Assembly: GCA_045863855.1 (NCBI GenBank)
Contig: BTVV01000019.1
Location: 1-64,000, forward strand
Direction: 5' to 3'
Origin: Planctomycetota bacterium
GTDB taxonomy: Bacteria; Planctomycetota; SZUA-567; H5-PLA8
DNA length: 64,000 nucleotides
The notes beneath the pieces are model-generated. The model saw only the letters and a list, made by a program, of their open reading frames with translations, was not told the origin of the DNA and made no database searches. Of this stretch, positions 11,178 to 21,208 are shown piece after piece (the stretch's first letter is position 1; each line of letters opens with the position of its first letter). A program made the translations under genes and the position numbers.

Positions 11178-11909
11178 ATGACGGTCTACGCCATGGCGGG
11201 CGCGGCGCTGGGGTTTCTGGGCTGGGCGGCCTACCTGCCGGTGCTGCGCGTGCCTGCGTGGCGCAAGTCGATGTGGCCGGTCTGGAGCCTGACGCTATTG
11301 GGCGCCGCGCTGGGCGGCGGCGCGTGGCTGGCGGCGAGCGAACGGAGCGCGGCGCTGCATCTCGCCGCCGCGGCGGCGTTGGGCGAATGCGCGCTGTGGG
11401 CGCTGCTGTTTTTCACTTCGATGCGCGTACCCGCTCGAAGCGGACGGCCCGCGGCCGGACAACCGTTTCCGCCGCTGGCGGTGCTTTCGGAGCACGGCGA
11501 GACGCTGCATACCGAAGCGTGGCGCGGGCGCGGGCCGCTGCTGCTCGTCTTTTTCCGCGGCTTCTGGTGACCGTCGTGCGTTTTGGAGCTCCGAGGTCTC
11601 GGAGCCGTCGCGCAGGAACTGGAACGCCAGAGCGGACAACTCTGGTCGATCGCGTTGCACACGCCGGACGAGTTACGCGCGGGGCGCGCTTCGTATCCGG
11701 AGATTCCCGGCGTGCTCGGGACCGTGGAAGACGTAAAGGCGCTCGAAGCGCTTCACCTGCTGCATCGTTCGGCCTTCAAGACGATGGCCGATGCGTCGAA
11801 CATTCTGATCGATCACGACGGCATCGTGCGTTGGACGTACTACAGCGCGCGGAATACGGACCGCGCGACGCCGGAGGAGGTTCTCAGGGCCGTACGCGGT
11901 AAATCCTAA
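11178..11909 (+). CDS. Membrane-anchored peroxiredoxin-like (AhpC/TSA) selenoprotein; TGA 11568-11570 read as Sec
   Basis: ORFs 11157-11570 and 11583-11909 are in frame and read LLVFFRGFW-[TGA]-PSCVLEL, i.e. UxxC at the WCPxC position; SECIS-like hairpin follows; three N-terminal hydrophobic helices. Confidence 0.88.
11588..11605 (+). promoter_or_regulatory. Bacterial SECIS-like hairpin
   Basis: GCTCCGA-GGTC-TCGGAGC perfect 7-bp stem; loop starts 24 nt after the TGA; AGGTCT apex as in the E. coli fdhF SECIS. Confidence 0.8.
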
Positions 11910-11928
11910 GCCAATCCGTAGCGCATCC

Positions 11929-13581
11929 TTATTTAGCTTGAATCAGGGCGATGATTTCCTCGCGGGCGCGGTCCCAGGCGTCTTCTTCGTAGCTCCACAT
12001 GGGCTTCTTGGGATCGTAGGCTTCGGGCGCCCAGGTTCGGCGGCCCATGGCGGTATACACTTTATCGACTATCGCCTGCACCTTGGCGCGGCCAGCCTTG
12101 GCTTCGGCGAGCTTGAGCAGCTCCCATTCCTCTAGCCCTTCGCGGAGGAGCTTCAAGCGCCGGGAGACGACGGGCATTTTAAGATCCTTTAGCGCGGCAA
12201 ATGCGGGGGCACCCGGCATGCTGAGGTCGCCGGGATAAATCAACTGCCCGTCGCCAGGTGGAAACTTGGGGTGCGATTTCCATCCGTTTACGTACATCAA
12301 ATCCCAATAGAGGTGCCCATATGCTTTCTCGTACCACCACGCCCAACCCATGACTCGGGGCTCCCAGGCCGTCTTGACGGTCTGGATGTCGAAGGTGAAG
12401 TAGGGCCAGCCCTGCGCGTTGCTGACGTAGAACCAGAGTTCCTTGCCCTCGGGGCGAGCGCGGTCCCATTCTTCTCGTCCGCGGGGAAGCTTATTCTGCG
12501 CGTACCAGGGGCCGTACACTTTCAGCGCTCGGGAATAGTGCGTAAGCACTTCCTCCAGCACGGATCCGTCGCGGTTGAGGGTGCAGAGAAGCTTTCCTTT
12601 CCATTCGGGAACTTCGCGCAAAACAATCTTCGCCGTCTCCAGGGCGCCCTGTATGGCGCTCTCGTCGGGCTCGTCTTTCAGGTAGACGAAGCTTTTTTCA
12701 AAGAGATTTTTCTCCTTCAAATGAGCGGCGATGCGCTTGAGCTGATCGGCCAATTCCTTTTCCCGTTCGGGCGTGGGCTTCACGGCGTCGGGAATGTAGA
12801 CGCTCACCCACCCTTTCCCATCCGGGTTGAAGCGGTCGAGAAACTCGAGTCCGAAATCGGCTCGTCCGGCCAGCGCCAGGTAGTGGTACGACGTCGCCTG
12901 GATGCGGTGGCGCTGCATTTCGCGCGCATAGGCATCGATGTTCGCTTTGACGTGCGGATGCGCGCGCAAATTGTAGAGCGAAGGAATGGTGGAATCGACC
13001 GGGATCGCGGCATCGAGCACGGTGAGGGCGATGGGGACGGCGACGAGGGTCTTGTCTCCTTCGCGCAATTCGACGCGCCCTGAATAGGCGCCGGGCTTCG
13101 TATTGGCCGGAATGTACATATCGAGCCAGAAGGCGATGGTCTTCTGCGGTTCCGGGCGAACGGCGTTGGCCACGTTCGTCCCGTCCGCGAGTTTCAGGGG
13201 AATCAACGCGTCGGGAAAGGCGCCGAGCTTCCGGACACGATTCGGATCCTTCGCTTCGTCCACCTGCGTTCCGTGATCCACCACGATTTCGGCGGCCCGG
13301 TATAACGTCAGGTGCTGCTTCGCCAGTTCAGTTCCGTCCGGCCCTTTTAGCGCGGTCCATTCGATGCTTACATCGGCTCCGGGGACGGCGCCGACCCTCA
13401 ACGCGAGCTGCGCGGTGACGAACTCGCCGCGCACGCCGCTTCGAATAATGCGCTCTTCGGAGCCCTTGACGCGTTCGGGGAGGATCATCTCGCCCGAGGA
13501 TTCGGGCCAGAAGGAAACTTCCGCGCGCACCGAAAGCGCGGCCAAGGCGGCTACGAGGGCCGCCAGCAGGAACCTGGTCAT
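11929..13581 (-). CDS. Secreted DUF4091 / GH123-like glycoside hydrolase
   Basis: Signal peptide MTRFLLAALVAALAALSVRA; FWLDMYIPANTKPGAYSG; LKDEP; GDGQLIYPG...SRRLKLLREGLEEWE C-terminal signature. Confidence 0.8.
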   Translation of the reverse strand: MTRFLLAALVAALAALSVRAEVSFWPESSGEMILPERVKGSEERIIRSGVRGEFVTAQLALRVGAVPGADVSIEWTALKGPDGTELAKQHLTLYRAAEIVVDHGTQVDEAKDPNRVRKLGAFPDALIPLKLADGTNVANAVRPEPQKTIAFWLDMYIPANTKPGAYSGRVELREGDKTLVAVPIALTVLDAAIPVDSTIPSLYNLRAHPHVKANIDAYAREMQRHRIQATSYHYLALAGRADFGLEFLDRFNPDGKGWVSVYIPDAVKPTPEREKELADQLKRIAAHLKEKNLFEKSFVYLKDEPDESAIQGALETAKIVLREVPEWKGKLLCTLNRDGSVLEEVLTHYSRALKVYGPWYAQNKLPRGREEWDRARPEGKELWFYVSNAQGWPYFTFDIQTVKTAWEPRVMGWAWWYEKAYGHLYWDLMYVNGWKSHPKFPPGDGQLIYPGDLSMPGAPAFAALKDLKMPVVSRRLKLLREGLEEWELLKLAEAKAGRAKVQAIVDKVYTAMGRRTWAPEAYDPKKPMWSYEEDAWDRAREEIIALIQAK

Positions 13582-13603
13582 CGCGTATCTCCGTTGGGGC
13601 GCT

Positions 13604-14590
13604 TTACCACTGCCCGTGCAGCGCGGCTTTGTATTCGTCGCGAATCTTTTCGATCGCGGCAACGACGTCGGGGGTCAGGACGAGATCGGCGGCGGCCAGG
13701 TTATCCGCGAGCTGCGCGGCGTTGCTCACACCAAGAATCGCGGCGTTCACCGCGGGCCGCTGGATGACCCACGCGAGCGCAAGCCGGCCGAGGGGAATTT
13801 CCACTCGTTTGGAAAGTTCGGCGAGCTTCTCGACGGCCGCGACGCGTTCGGGCTTGAGGAGGCGGTCTTTCCAGCTCGGATGATCCTTCACATGAACGTC
13901 GAGCCGACTTCCGGCCGGGATGCCGTTGGCGTACTTTCCGGTCAGCATGCCGCCGCAGAGGGGGCTGTAGACGACAAGCCCATAGCCGAATTCCTGGCCC
14001 AGCGAGGCGAGCCCCACGTACTTGCCGTGATCTTCAACGAGCCCCGGCTGGAGCATGCTGTATTCGGGCTGGTGCGAGACGGGGTATTCGACCTTCAGCT
14101 CGTCGCAAGCTTTGAGCATTTTCAGGGTAAAAGTGGAGTTAAAATTCGAGAGCCCCCAGTACAGAATTTTGCCCTGCTTGAGCAGGCGGTCGATGGTGGC
14201 GGCGATCTCTTCCAACGGCGTGACGCCGTCGTAGCCGTGGAGCTGGTACAGGTCGATGAACTCCACGCCCAAGCGCTTCAGGCTGGCGTCGCACGCATGC
14301 ACCATATGCTTGCGGCTCAGTCCGCGGCGATTGGGACCTTGCGCGCCGTAGCCCCAGCGGCATTTCGTCGCGAGAACCACCTCGTCGCGGGGCAGTTCGC
14401 GCAGACGCTTGCCGAGCAGCGATTCGACTTCGCCCTTTTCGCCGTAGGAGTCGGCGGTGTCTATGAAGTTGATCCCCGCATCGAAGGCTTGCCGAAGCAA
14501 AGTTGCGTCCGCGACCTTGTGTTCGAGCATGGTTCCGTATGCGAATGCGGAAACTTGCATGCCACTGCGGCCCAATTTCCGGAATTGCAT
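13604..14590 (-). CDS. Aldo/keto reductase
   Basis: RKLGRSG, GINFIDTADSYG, SLKRLG...IDLYQLH, GLSN, YSPLCGGMLTGKY. Confidence 0.95.
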   Translation of the reverse strand: MQFRKLGRSGMQVSAFAYGTMLEHKVADATLLRQAFDAGINFIDTADSYGEKGEVESLLGKRLRELPRDEVVLATKCRWGYGAQGPNRRGLSRKHMVHACDASLKRLGVEFIDLYQLHGYDGVTPLEEIAATIDRLLKQGKILYWGLSNFNSTFTLKMLKACDELKVEYPVSHQPEYSMLQPGLVEDHGKYVGLASLGQEFGYGLVVYSPLCGGMLTGKYANGIPAGSRLDVHVKDHPSWKDRLLKPERVAAVEKLAELSKRVEIPLGRLALAWVIQRPAVNAAILGVSNAAQLADNLAAADLVLTPDVVAAIEKIRDEYKAALHGQW

Positions 14591-14661
14591 GGTTCACACC
14601 CTTTCGTGCTCGCGCGCGTTCTCTTGGCCGTGCGTCGTTCGCAGGGCCTCCCCTGCTCCCT

Positions 14662-15354
14662 TCAGGTCAACTTCAACAGCGCGCCGGCCAGTACGCTCGG
14701 CGCGGTAATCATCGGGTCATGCCCGGCCGTAAGTTCAAGGCGTTCAAAATTCAGCGGCGCTTCTTCCACCTTTTCTTGGGGCCAACGGCACTGAATGAAC
14801 GTGCGGCCCATGGCGCCGTCGCTCCAGTTTGCATCCAACCGCGCGGGCTCCAGAAAGCTGCGCAGCGGATGCGGCGTCAATCGCGCGCGGAGCCAAGCAC
14901 GGTCGCCGGCGTCCTCAACGCCGAAGAGATCGTTATCGGGCGGCGGGACCAGCCAGTCGCACCCACCGCGCTTGGCCCTGTCCCGCGAGCGCGCCACGAA
15001 ATCCGGACCCTTCTGGTCGGCCAACGAGCGGCCATCTTCGGCGACGAATCCGTCCAGGATCACCACGCGGGCCATCCGTTGGGGCGCGCGCGAGGCGGCG
15101 GCGCATGCGACGATGCCCGCGTAACTATGCCCCACCAGCACGACCTCGCGAAGGTCCTCCCATTCGAGCAGCCCCAGCACGTCGCGGACATGCGTCTCCA
15201 AGCCCACCTCCGGCGCGGCCAGATGGGAGCGTTCGCCCAACCCGGTCAGCGTGAAGCCGTAAGCCGCATGCCCGGCCGCGCGCAAAAGCGGGATGAGTCT
15301 CTGCCAGCACCAGCCGCCGTGCCACGCGCCGGGTACAAGCACGAATGCGGCCAC
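14662..15354 (-). CDS. Alpha/beta hydrolase (esterase)
   Basis: VLVPGAWHGGWCW, GHSYAG nucleophile elbow, GHDPM; probable GTG start at 15354. Confidence 0.92.
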   Translation of the reverse strand: MAAFVLVPGAWHGGWCWQRLIPLLRAAGHAAYGFTLTGLGERSHLAAPEVGLETHVRDVLGLLEWEDLREVVLVGHSYAGIVACAAASRAPQRMARVVILDGFVAEDGRSLADQKGPDFVARSRDRAKRGGCDWLVPPPDNDLFGVEDAGDRAWLRARLTPHPLRSFLEPARLDANWSDGAMGRTFIQCRWPQEKVEEAPLNFERLELTAGHDPMITAPSVLAGALLKLT

Positions 15355-15383
15355 GCGATTCCCGCCTTCCCGCGCGATGCGCG

Positions 15384-16970
15384 CTACTTCAGGACCTCGG
15401 GCTTTCCACCGGGTACGAGCGTGTACTTGCTTCCGGAAGCGACGCCCTTGCATTCGGTGCGCACGGGTTCTTTGCCGGGGAAGGTCACGCGCAGGTCGAA
15501 GGTCTCGAGCGTTCCGAGGCCGACGTGCACGGCCTGCCCGTCGGGACGGGCCTTTTCCGACCAGATCGGTTTGGCGTTCGGCTGTTCCATTTCACCGGGT
15601 TTGAAGACTTCTACCAGCGCGCCTACTGCGAACGGATTGGGCTTCGCCATGCGCGGGAAAATGCGCGTAAAGCGCCCGGGCTTCACCGCGGACGACAGGT
15701 AGATCTGAATCTGCTCCCCGCGGCCGCCGATGCAGACATCGAGCGTCCCGTTGTCGTCGATATCGCAGACGACCACCGGATTGGCATCCCAGCCCCCGGT
15801 GCTCAACACCTGTTCGAAGGTGCCGCCCACATTTTCATACACTTCTTCCACTCCATTCCGCGGATTGGAGACGACCAGATCCAGATCCCCGTCGTTGTCG
15901 AGATCGTTGGGCCATGCTCGGAGCATGTAGGGTCCGGTTTTTTCGAGGAAGCTCTTGAGTTTACCGGCCTGAATGGCGAACTTTCCTTTTCCGTCGCCGA
16001 GGTAAAGACCGGCTTCCGTACCAAAGGCCACGATGACGTCCAAATGGCCGTCGCCCGTGAGGTCGCGGACCAGGATCGGAGTGCCGTTCTTCGGCAGGCC
16101 CAGTTCAGCGGTCCGATCGGCGAGGGCGCCGTCTTCGGCGGCAATGAGGTAGCGGCCCGCCGAGGTCGCGCCGTAGCCTCCGGAGAGAGCCACATAAGCA
16201 TCGTCGCGACCGTCTCCGTTCAGATCGCCTGGGATGCGCACGTCCCAGCCAAGGAAGCGGTTGTTTTTCTGCTGCTTGAGCGCCGCGAATTCCTCAAGCA
16301 AGGCCGCGGGAATGCGCTCTTCGGGAATGACTCGGATTTTCGGTTCCGATTTCGCCTGAAAACTCTTCACGGACGGATCGAAGTGGTAGTTCAACCTCGT
16401 TTCCCTGTGGTTGCCCCAGAGGTCCGGAATGCCGTCACCGTTCAGGTCGATCACTTCCGCGGCATGCGAGAGCGGATGAAAGCTGAAGGGCGCTTCGACA
16501 AACTTTTTACCTTCGAGATTGAAGAAGCTCTTGGCCTTGGCCTCGTCCGAAAATCCCGCCAAGTCCAGCCAGCCGTCGCCGTCGAAATCCCAAGCCCAAG
16601 GGCGGTCGTCGGCGCCGCTAAGCTTTGGGACGCCTAAATCCTTAATTACATCCACGAAGGTGAGCTTTCCCGACTCCTTCAGCATGTTCTTAAACAATCG
16701 GCCGCCCGGCTGGCCGTGGTGCGCGGCCACCAGATCGAGGTCGCCGTCGTTGTCGTAGTCGAACGCGGTGAGCCCCCACGGCCACCAACCGTGGCTGCCG
16801 AACTTGCCGCCCTGGCTTTCGAGTTCCTCGGCCTTCCACTTCTCCATGATGGCTTTGAGCCCGGTCTCTTCATCCTTGGCGGGCGTGAGGACGAGGTTCT
16901 CGGCGCGGCAAAACCCCGCGGCGAGCAAGACGGAGGCGAGGACGACAAGCCTTCGATCTCGAATGCGCAT
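15384..16970 (-). CDS. Secreted FG-GAP/VCBS-repeat protein (CRTAC1/ASPIC-UnbV-like), paralog A
   Basis: Signal peptide; repeated DxDxDGxxD loops (DYDNDGDLD, DFDGDGWLD, DLNGDGIPD); C-terminal NPFAVGA...VHVGLG...LRVTFP. Confidence 0.85.
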   Translation of the reverse strand: MRIRDRRLVVLASVLLAAGFCRAENLVLTPAKDEETGLKAIMEKWKAEELESQGGKFGSHGWWPWGLTAFDYDNDGDLDLVAAHHGQPGGRLFKNMLKESGKLTFVDVIKDLGVPKLSGADDRPWAWDFDGDGWLDLAGFSDEAKAKSFFNLEGKKFVEAPFSFHPLSHAAEVIDLNGDGIPDLWGNHRETRLNYHFDPSVKSFQAKSEPKIRVIPEERIPAALLEEFAALKQQKNNRFLGWDVRIPGDLNGDGRDDAYVALSGGYGATSAGRYLIAAEDGALADRTAELGLPKNGTPILVRDLTGDGHLDVIVAFGTEAGLYLGDGKGKFAIQAGKLKSFLEKTGPYMLRAWPNDLDNDGDLDLVVSNPRNGVEEVYENVGGTFEQVLSTGGWDANPVVVCDIDDNGTLDVCIGGRGEQIQIYLSSAVKPGRFTRIFPRMAKPNPFAVGALVEVFKPGEMEQPNAKPIWSEKARPDGQAVHVGLGTLETFDLRVTFPGKEPVRTECKGVASGSKYTLVPGGKPEVLK

Positions 16971-16991
16971 GATTTTCTCCTTAAAGACTGC

Positions 16992-18359
16992 CTACTTAAC
17001 GATGGCCGAGAAACCCTTGACCGTCACGGCGCCGCGCCCGGCGACGCCTACACCAAAGCTTTCGGTGTCCCTGAATCCCGCGCCGGTACGATAGCGGAAT
17101 GCGGAGAGGACCTTGCCTTGCAGGTCCAGCACGCGCCAGGTTTGAATATGCGAGCGCTGCGTGACCAGATTGAACCATTCGTCATTCCTGTACGCGGCGC
17201 GGAGTACATCGCCGGTATGGCTTGGACTGCCCTCCAGGACCGCGGCGACGCCTTCGCGCCAAGCCGGATCGAGGTAAGCGAATTCCGGCGCGCCCGTGCG
17301 GCGCAGGCCCAGCAGCGCGCGGCCTCCCGGCGCGGCCTTAGCCTGGAGCATGGCGAAGCTCGCTCGCTTGGCCGGAGGCATCCAGAGAAATGCGGGCGCG
17401 CCGTCCGTAGACTTGAGCACCAAGCCTTCGGAGCCGGACTCGAAGGTCAAGTTGGCGGTCTTTTCCCAGCCTTCGGCGGCTTTGGCATCGAGCGCGGGAA
17501 GCGGCTTGGCCATTTCTTCCTTGCTCTTGGCGGTCAAGGCTTCGGTTTCGCCCACGTCCCCGCCGTAATCCGGTCCGGTGGCCGGATCGAAGGAGACTTC
17601 TGCCTTGACCTCTTCGGGAGTAAGCGGCCGGAACTTGATGTTCCTGTATTCGTGGCTGGCGGTGTCGAAGACGCGCGCGCCGGAGAAGCCGAAGGCGATG
17701 CGCCCTTGGCGGAAATCGGCGCCCGCGGCGGCGCTCCAGTCGTCGAAGGCTTCGGTGGTCCAGCGTTCGGGCTCGGGCGTGCCGGCCTTCCAGACCTTGG
17801 CCTTGAGTTGCGGCCCGGCGCAGCGCACGCGGAGCGAGAGCCAACCTGGATGAATGTAACCCTTATACCGGCCGCGGCCGACGAAGACCGTCCGGTCGCC
17901 TTTGATGCGCTGGATCTGCAGCGGTGCGCTGTAGCCGTGCAAACCAATCGAATACCCTTCGCCCTTCTCGTTCAGGCGGAAGCCGACGAGCATGAACGGG
18001 CAGTCGGCGAAACCCTTGTCGGGCATGACCCACTGAAAGTCCCAGCTCATCTCGAAGTCGCCGAGGTCGCGAGGCCAGTCCTTACGAGCCGCCCACACGG
18101 TGCCGATACCTTGGAGCGCTTCGATCTTCTTGCCTTCGAAAAAGGGTTTGCCGAGATTCATTTTTCCGGCCAGTACGCCGTCGGAAAAGGTGAAATGCTT
18201 CTCGAGGGTGGGCGTATGTTCCTTGAGCAGCGACGCTTCCAGGCGGTCGGTATCGGTGGTGGGCACGAGTTCCCAACCTTCGGGTCCGTCGGCGGCGCCG
18301 AGCGAGGCAGCGAAACACCACGCGGCGCAAACAAAAGCGATTCGGAAACGGGCAGTCAC
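16992..18359 (-). CDS. Secreted hypothetical protein (possible beta-sandwich/lectin-like domains)
   Basis: GTG start overlaps the upstream TGA (GTGA) with RBS GGAGG; signal peptide; WLSLRVRCAGPQLKAKVWKAGTPEPERW. Confidence 0.7.
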   Translation of the reverse strand: MTARFRIAFVCAAWCFAASLGAADGPEGWELVPTTDTDRLEASLLKEHTPTLEKHFTFSDGVLAGKMNLGKPFFEGKKIEALQGIGTVWAARKDWPRDLGDFEMSWDFQWVMPDKGFADCPFMLVGFRLNEKGEGYSIGLHGYSAPLQIQRIKGDRTVFVGRGRYKGYIHPGWLSLRVRCAGPQLKAKVWKAGTPEPERWTTEAFDDWSAAAGADFRQGRIAFGFSGARVFDTASHEYRNIKFRPLTPEEVKAEVSFDPATGPDYGGDVGETEALTAKSKEEMAKPLPALDAKAAEGWEKTANLTFESGSEGLVLKSTDGAPAFLWMPPAKRASFAMLQAKAAPGGRALLGLRRTGAPEFAYLDPAWREGVAAVLEGSPSHTGDVLRAAYRNDEWFNLVTQRSHIQTWRVLDLQGKVLSAFRYRTGAGFRDTESFGVGVAGRGAVTVKGFSAIVK

Positions 18360-19912
18360 TTGGAATCCTCCTGCAAGCCGGTGGGGGTAATGGTGGCACG
18401 GGAGCGTGCTTCGACGGCGGAGAGCGTCAGGATTTTGGGTTCCTTGCCGGGAAAGGTGACGCGCAGGTCGCACGCTTTCTCGGCGCCGAGCCCAATCGCG
18501 ATCGCGATCCCGTTCGAGGGGGCCGCCACGCGCCGGATAGGACGAGCGCCGGGTTTGTTCAATTCGCCCGCTTTAAAGCACTCGAGTTTGGCGCCGACCG
18601 CAAACGGATTGGGTTTGTCCATGCGCAGGCAGACGTTCAAGCGCAGGCCCGGTGTGGTGGAACGATTGAGGAACACGGAGACCGTCTTACCGGGTCCGCC
18701 GACGCAGACATCCTCCGCGCCGTCGCCGTCGAGGTCGCAGACGACCACGGGATCGGCGTCCCACGCTCCGGTGCGGGCGACTTCGCGGAACGCGCCTTCG
18801 CCGGCATTGGCGTAGATCACCGCGGCCCCGCCGCGCGCGTTGGAGACCACGAAATCAGGGCGTCCGTCGGCATCGAAATCCGCCGGGTAGATTTTGTGCG
18901 GGTAGTTTCCGCGCGCCTTTAGGAATTCGGTGAGCGGGCCGGGCTTCAGAACAAAGCGTCCGCCCTCGGCGCTCGCGTAGAGCCCCGCACCGATCGCAAA
19001 AATATCGTCGCGACCGTCGCCGTTCACGTCGGCGAGGTAAACGGGCGTGGCGTCGAGCGGCAGCCCAAGGGACTCGGTGGCGTCGGCATAGGTACCGTCG
19101 GCGGCGGCCAGCAGGTAGCGCCCGAAGGTCGCGCCGCCGTAGGCGGCGAAACCGTTGACCACCAGGTCCGGAAGCCCGTCGCCGTTCAAGTCGCCGTTAT
19201 CGATAAGGAACGCTTTCAGGAAGCGGTTTTTAGCGTCCTTTTTCAGCTCGGAAATATACTCTTTGACCGTGGCCGGCAGCTTCTCGAAGCGCGCATCGGC
19301 CATGTCCTCGCGCTTGAACTTTCGCGTGGCCGGATCGTACAGGTGTTTGGAGCCCGACTTCGGCGAGGCCGCGTCGAGATATCCGTCGCCGTTCAGATCG
19401 CCGATCTGATTCACGCCTTCGAGCTGCCCGAAGGCGTAGCCCATCGCTTCGAACGACTTGCCGCTTTTGTTGAACCAGAGGGTATTGGGTTCCGCGCTGT
19501 TGTAGCCGAGGTCCAGGAACCCGTCGCCGTCGATGTCCCAAACGACCGGCCGAAACGTACCGCTCAAGGCTTCCGCGGGCAGCCCGAGTTCGGGGTTGGC
19601 GTTGACGAACGCGAGCTTACCCGTCTCTTTCTGCGTATTCTTAAGGATCATCGACCTCGGCGCGCCGTGGTGCTGCGCGACCAAATCCAGATCGCCATCG
19701 TTGTCGTAATCGAAGGCCTCCAGACCCCATGGCCACCAGCCGTGGCTGCCAAACTTGCCACCCTGACGCTGAAGTTCGTCGGCATGCCATTTTTCGATGA
19801 TCGCCTTGAGTCCGGTATCGGGTTCCGGCGCAGGCGCAAAGGCCACCGACTCGGCCTGCACCGAGCCTAAAAGCGCGGTGGCGAGCAGGATGGATAAGGC
19901 CAGTTTCGACAT
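18356..19912 (-). CDS. Secreted FG-GAP/VCBS-repeat protein, paralog B
   Basis: Signal peptide MSKLALSILL; same GGKFGSHGWWPWGL and DYDNDGDLDLVA motifs as paralog A. Confidence 0.85.
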   Translation of the reverse strand: MSKLALSILLATALLGSVQAESVAFAPAPEPDTGLKAIIEKWHADELQRQGGKFGSHGWWPWGLEAFDYDNDGDLDLVAQHHGAPRSMILKNTQKETGKLAFVNANPELGLPAEALSGTFRPVVWDIDGDGFLDLGYNSAEPNTLWFNKSGKSFEAMGYAFGQLEGVNQIGDLNGDGYLDAASPKSGSKHLYDPATRKFKREDMADARFEKLPATVKEYISELKKDAKNRFLKAFLIDNGDLNGDGLPDLVVNGFAAYGGATFGRYLLAAADGTYADATESLGLPLDATPVYLADVNGDGRDDIFAIGAGLYASAEGGRFVLKPGPLTEFLKARGNYPHKIYPADFDADGRPDFVVSNARGGAAVIYANAGEGAFREVARTGAWDADPVVVCDLDGDGAEDVCVGGPGKTVSVFLNRSTTPGLRLNVCLRMDKPNPFAVGAKLECFKAGELNKPGARPIRRVAAPSNGIAIAIGLGAEKACDLRVTFPGKEPKILTLSAVEARSRATITPTGLQEDSK

Positions 19913-20021
19913 AAGCAGCCCCTTCCCGATTAGATCGTAATGCTTTCGAGGCCAATCCTTTAGAGCTTCGATCAGGCTCAAGTATCGAGGCTCGTTGCCC
20001 TGTATCGGTTGTGGATTCCGA

Positions 20022-20056
20022 TTGACTAAACATCTTTAGTTCATTAGTGTATACAC
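20022..20056 (+). promoter_or_regulatory. Sigma70-like promoter with overlapping palindromic operator(s)
   Basis: TTGACT (20022-20027)-N17-TAGTGT (20045-20050); inverted repeat ACTAAA-catc-TTTAGT (20025-20040); perfect palindrome GTGTATACAC (20047-20056). Confidence 0.55.
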
Positions 20057-20141
20057 CGGGATTTCAAAGAGTCTCTGAAAAAGGGGACGATTCCTAAGGC
20101 GGCAGGATTGCGCGAAACACGTGTGCATGGAACCGGGCGAA

Positions 20142-21206
20142 ATGGCGAAACGCACTGCTAAGCAGGAACGACCGCTACCTAAAGGATGCTCGCTGACGGC
20201 CGTGGCCAAACGTGCGGGCGTATCGATCACGACGGTCTCGTTCGTGCTGAACGGTAAATCGGCCTCGATCAAGATCGCCGAGGCGACACGGCGCAAGGTG
20301 ATCGAGGTGGCTCGCGAATTGAATTACCGTCCGCGCGTGCCGCGGCTGTACGACGCGCAGATCGCGCCGCTCTTCCGGCACATCGGGCTGGCGTTCGTGA
20401 ACGCGCTGGGTCAGGAGGTCCACGAGTTTTTCGGTCCGGCGGTTTACGAGATCCTAAACCGCTCGGGCAAGGAAGGCGTGCTGATCCACAGTTGCGACGG
20501 TCTGGCGCCCGCAGCAGTGGCGGAGTATTGCGCGGGCCTGCGGGAGCGCGATTGCGACGGGCTGATTCTGTTCACGTTTTCGACGGAGCGCGAGGCTTGG
20601 GTGGACGACGTGCGCGCTTCGGGGATGCCGTTCGTCTTTTTTAACCGCGATTTCGGGCCCGATATTCCGTGCGTGCTGATGGACCATGCGGGCGGCGCGG
20701 CGAGCCAGGCGGCTCTGCTGGCTCAATTCGGGCATCGCCGGATCGGGCTGTTCGAGACGGTGCTGCCGGGTCCGGCGTACGAGCGGCTGGACGGCGCGCG
20801 CGCAGGTCTGCGCAAAGCGGGCGTGTACGACGCGGCGCTGGAGTTTGCCGCGCCGTACGACCTGGATGCGGCGAGTAGCCAAGCTTGGGAATTCCTGAGC
20901 GCCCATCCCGAAGTGACCGCCGTATTGGGCACCACGGATATCGTTTCGATGGGCGTCTTGCGCGCCGCCGCTCGATTGGGCCGGCGCGTACCCGCGGACT
21001 TGTCGGTGGCTTCGCTGGACGGGTACGAGCCGGGGCGCTTCGCCGATCCTCCGCTGTGCTCGATCGAGTACCCGCGCGTACGGATGGGCCAGGAGGCACT
21101 GGAGTTGCTGCGCGAACGCGTCTTAAACGGCGCGGTATCGCCTGCCCGGCGGATCGTGAGCGGCGAGCGCTTGCCGGGGCGCAGCGTCGCGCCGCCGCGC
21201 AGGTAG
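20142..21206 (+). CDS. LacI-family transcriptional regulator
   Basis: SLTAVAKRAGVSITTVSFVLNG...TRRKV...ELNYRP; GHRRIG; VPADLSV. Start could be 20127. Confidence 0.93.
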   Translation: MAKRTAKQERPLPKGCSLTAVAKRAGVSITTVSFVLNGKSASIKIAEATRRKVIEVARELNYRPRVPRLYDAQIAPLFRHIGLAFVNALGQEVHEFFGPAVYEILNRSGKEGVLIHSCDGLAPAAVAEYCAGLRERDCDGLILFTFSTEREAWVDDVRASGMPFVFFNRDFGPDIPCVLMDHAGGAASQAALLAQFGHRRIGLFETVLPGPAYERLDGARAGLRKAGVYDAALEFAAPYDLDAASSQAWEFLSAHPEVTAVLGTTDIVSMGVLRAAARLGRRVPADLSVASLDGYEPGRFADPPLCSIEYPRVRMGQEALELLRERVLNGAVSPARRIVSGERLPGRSVAPPRR

Positions 21207-21208
21207 TG

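Noticed and set aside
11157..11909. Two separate small genes or a nonsense pseudogene
   Set aside because: In-frame TGA at the catalytic Cys position plus a SECIS-like hairpin favours a single selenoprotein.
9368..11909. Functional link between prfC and the divergent UGA-recoded gene
   Set aside because: Only adjacency; RF3 is not codon-specific and nothing in the sequence supports coupling.
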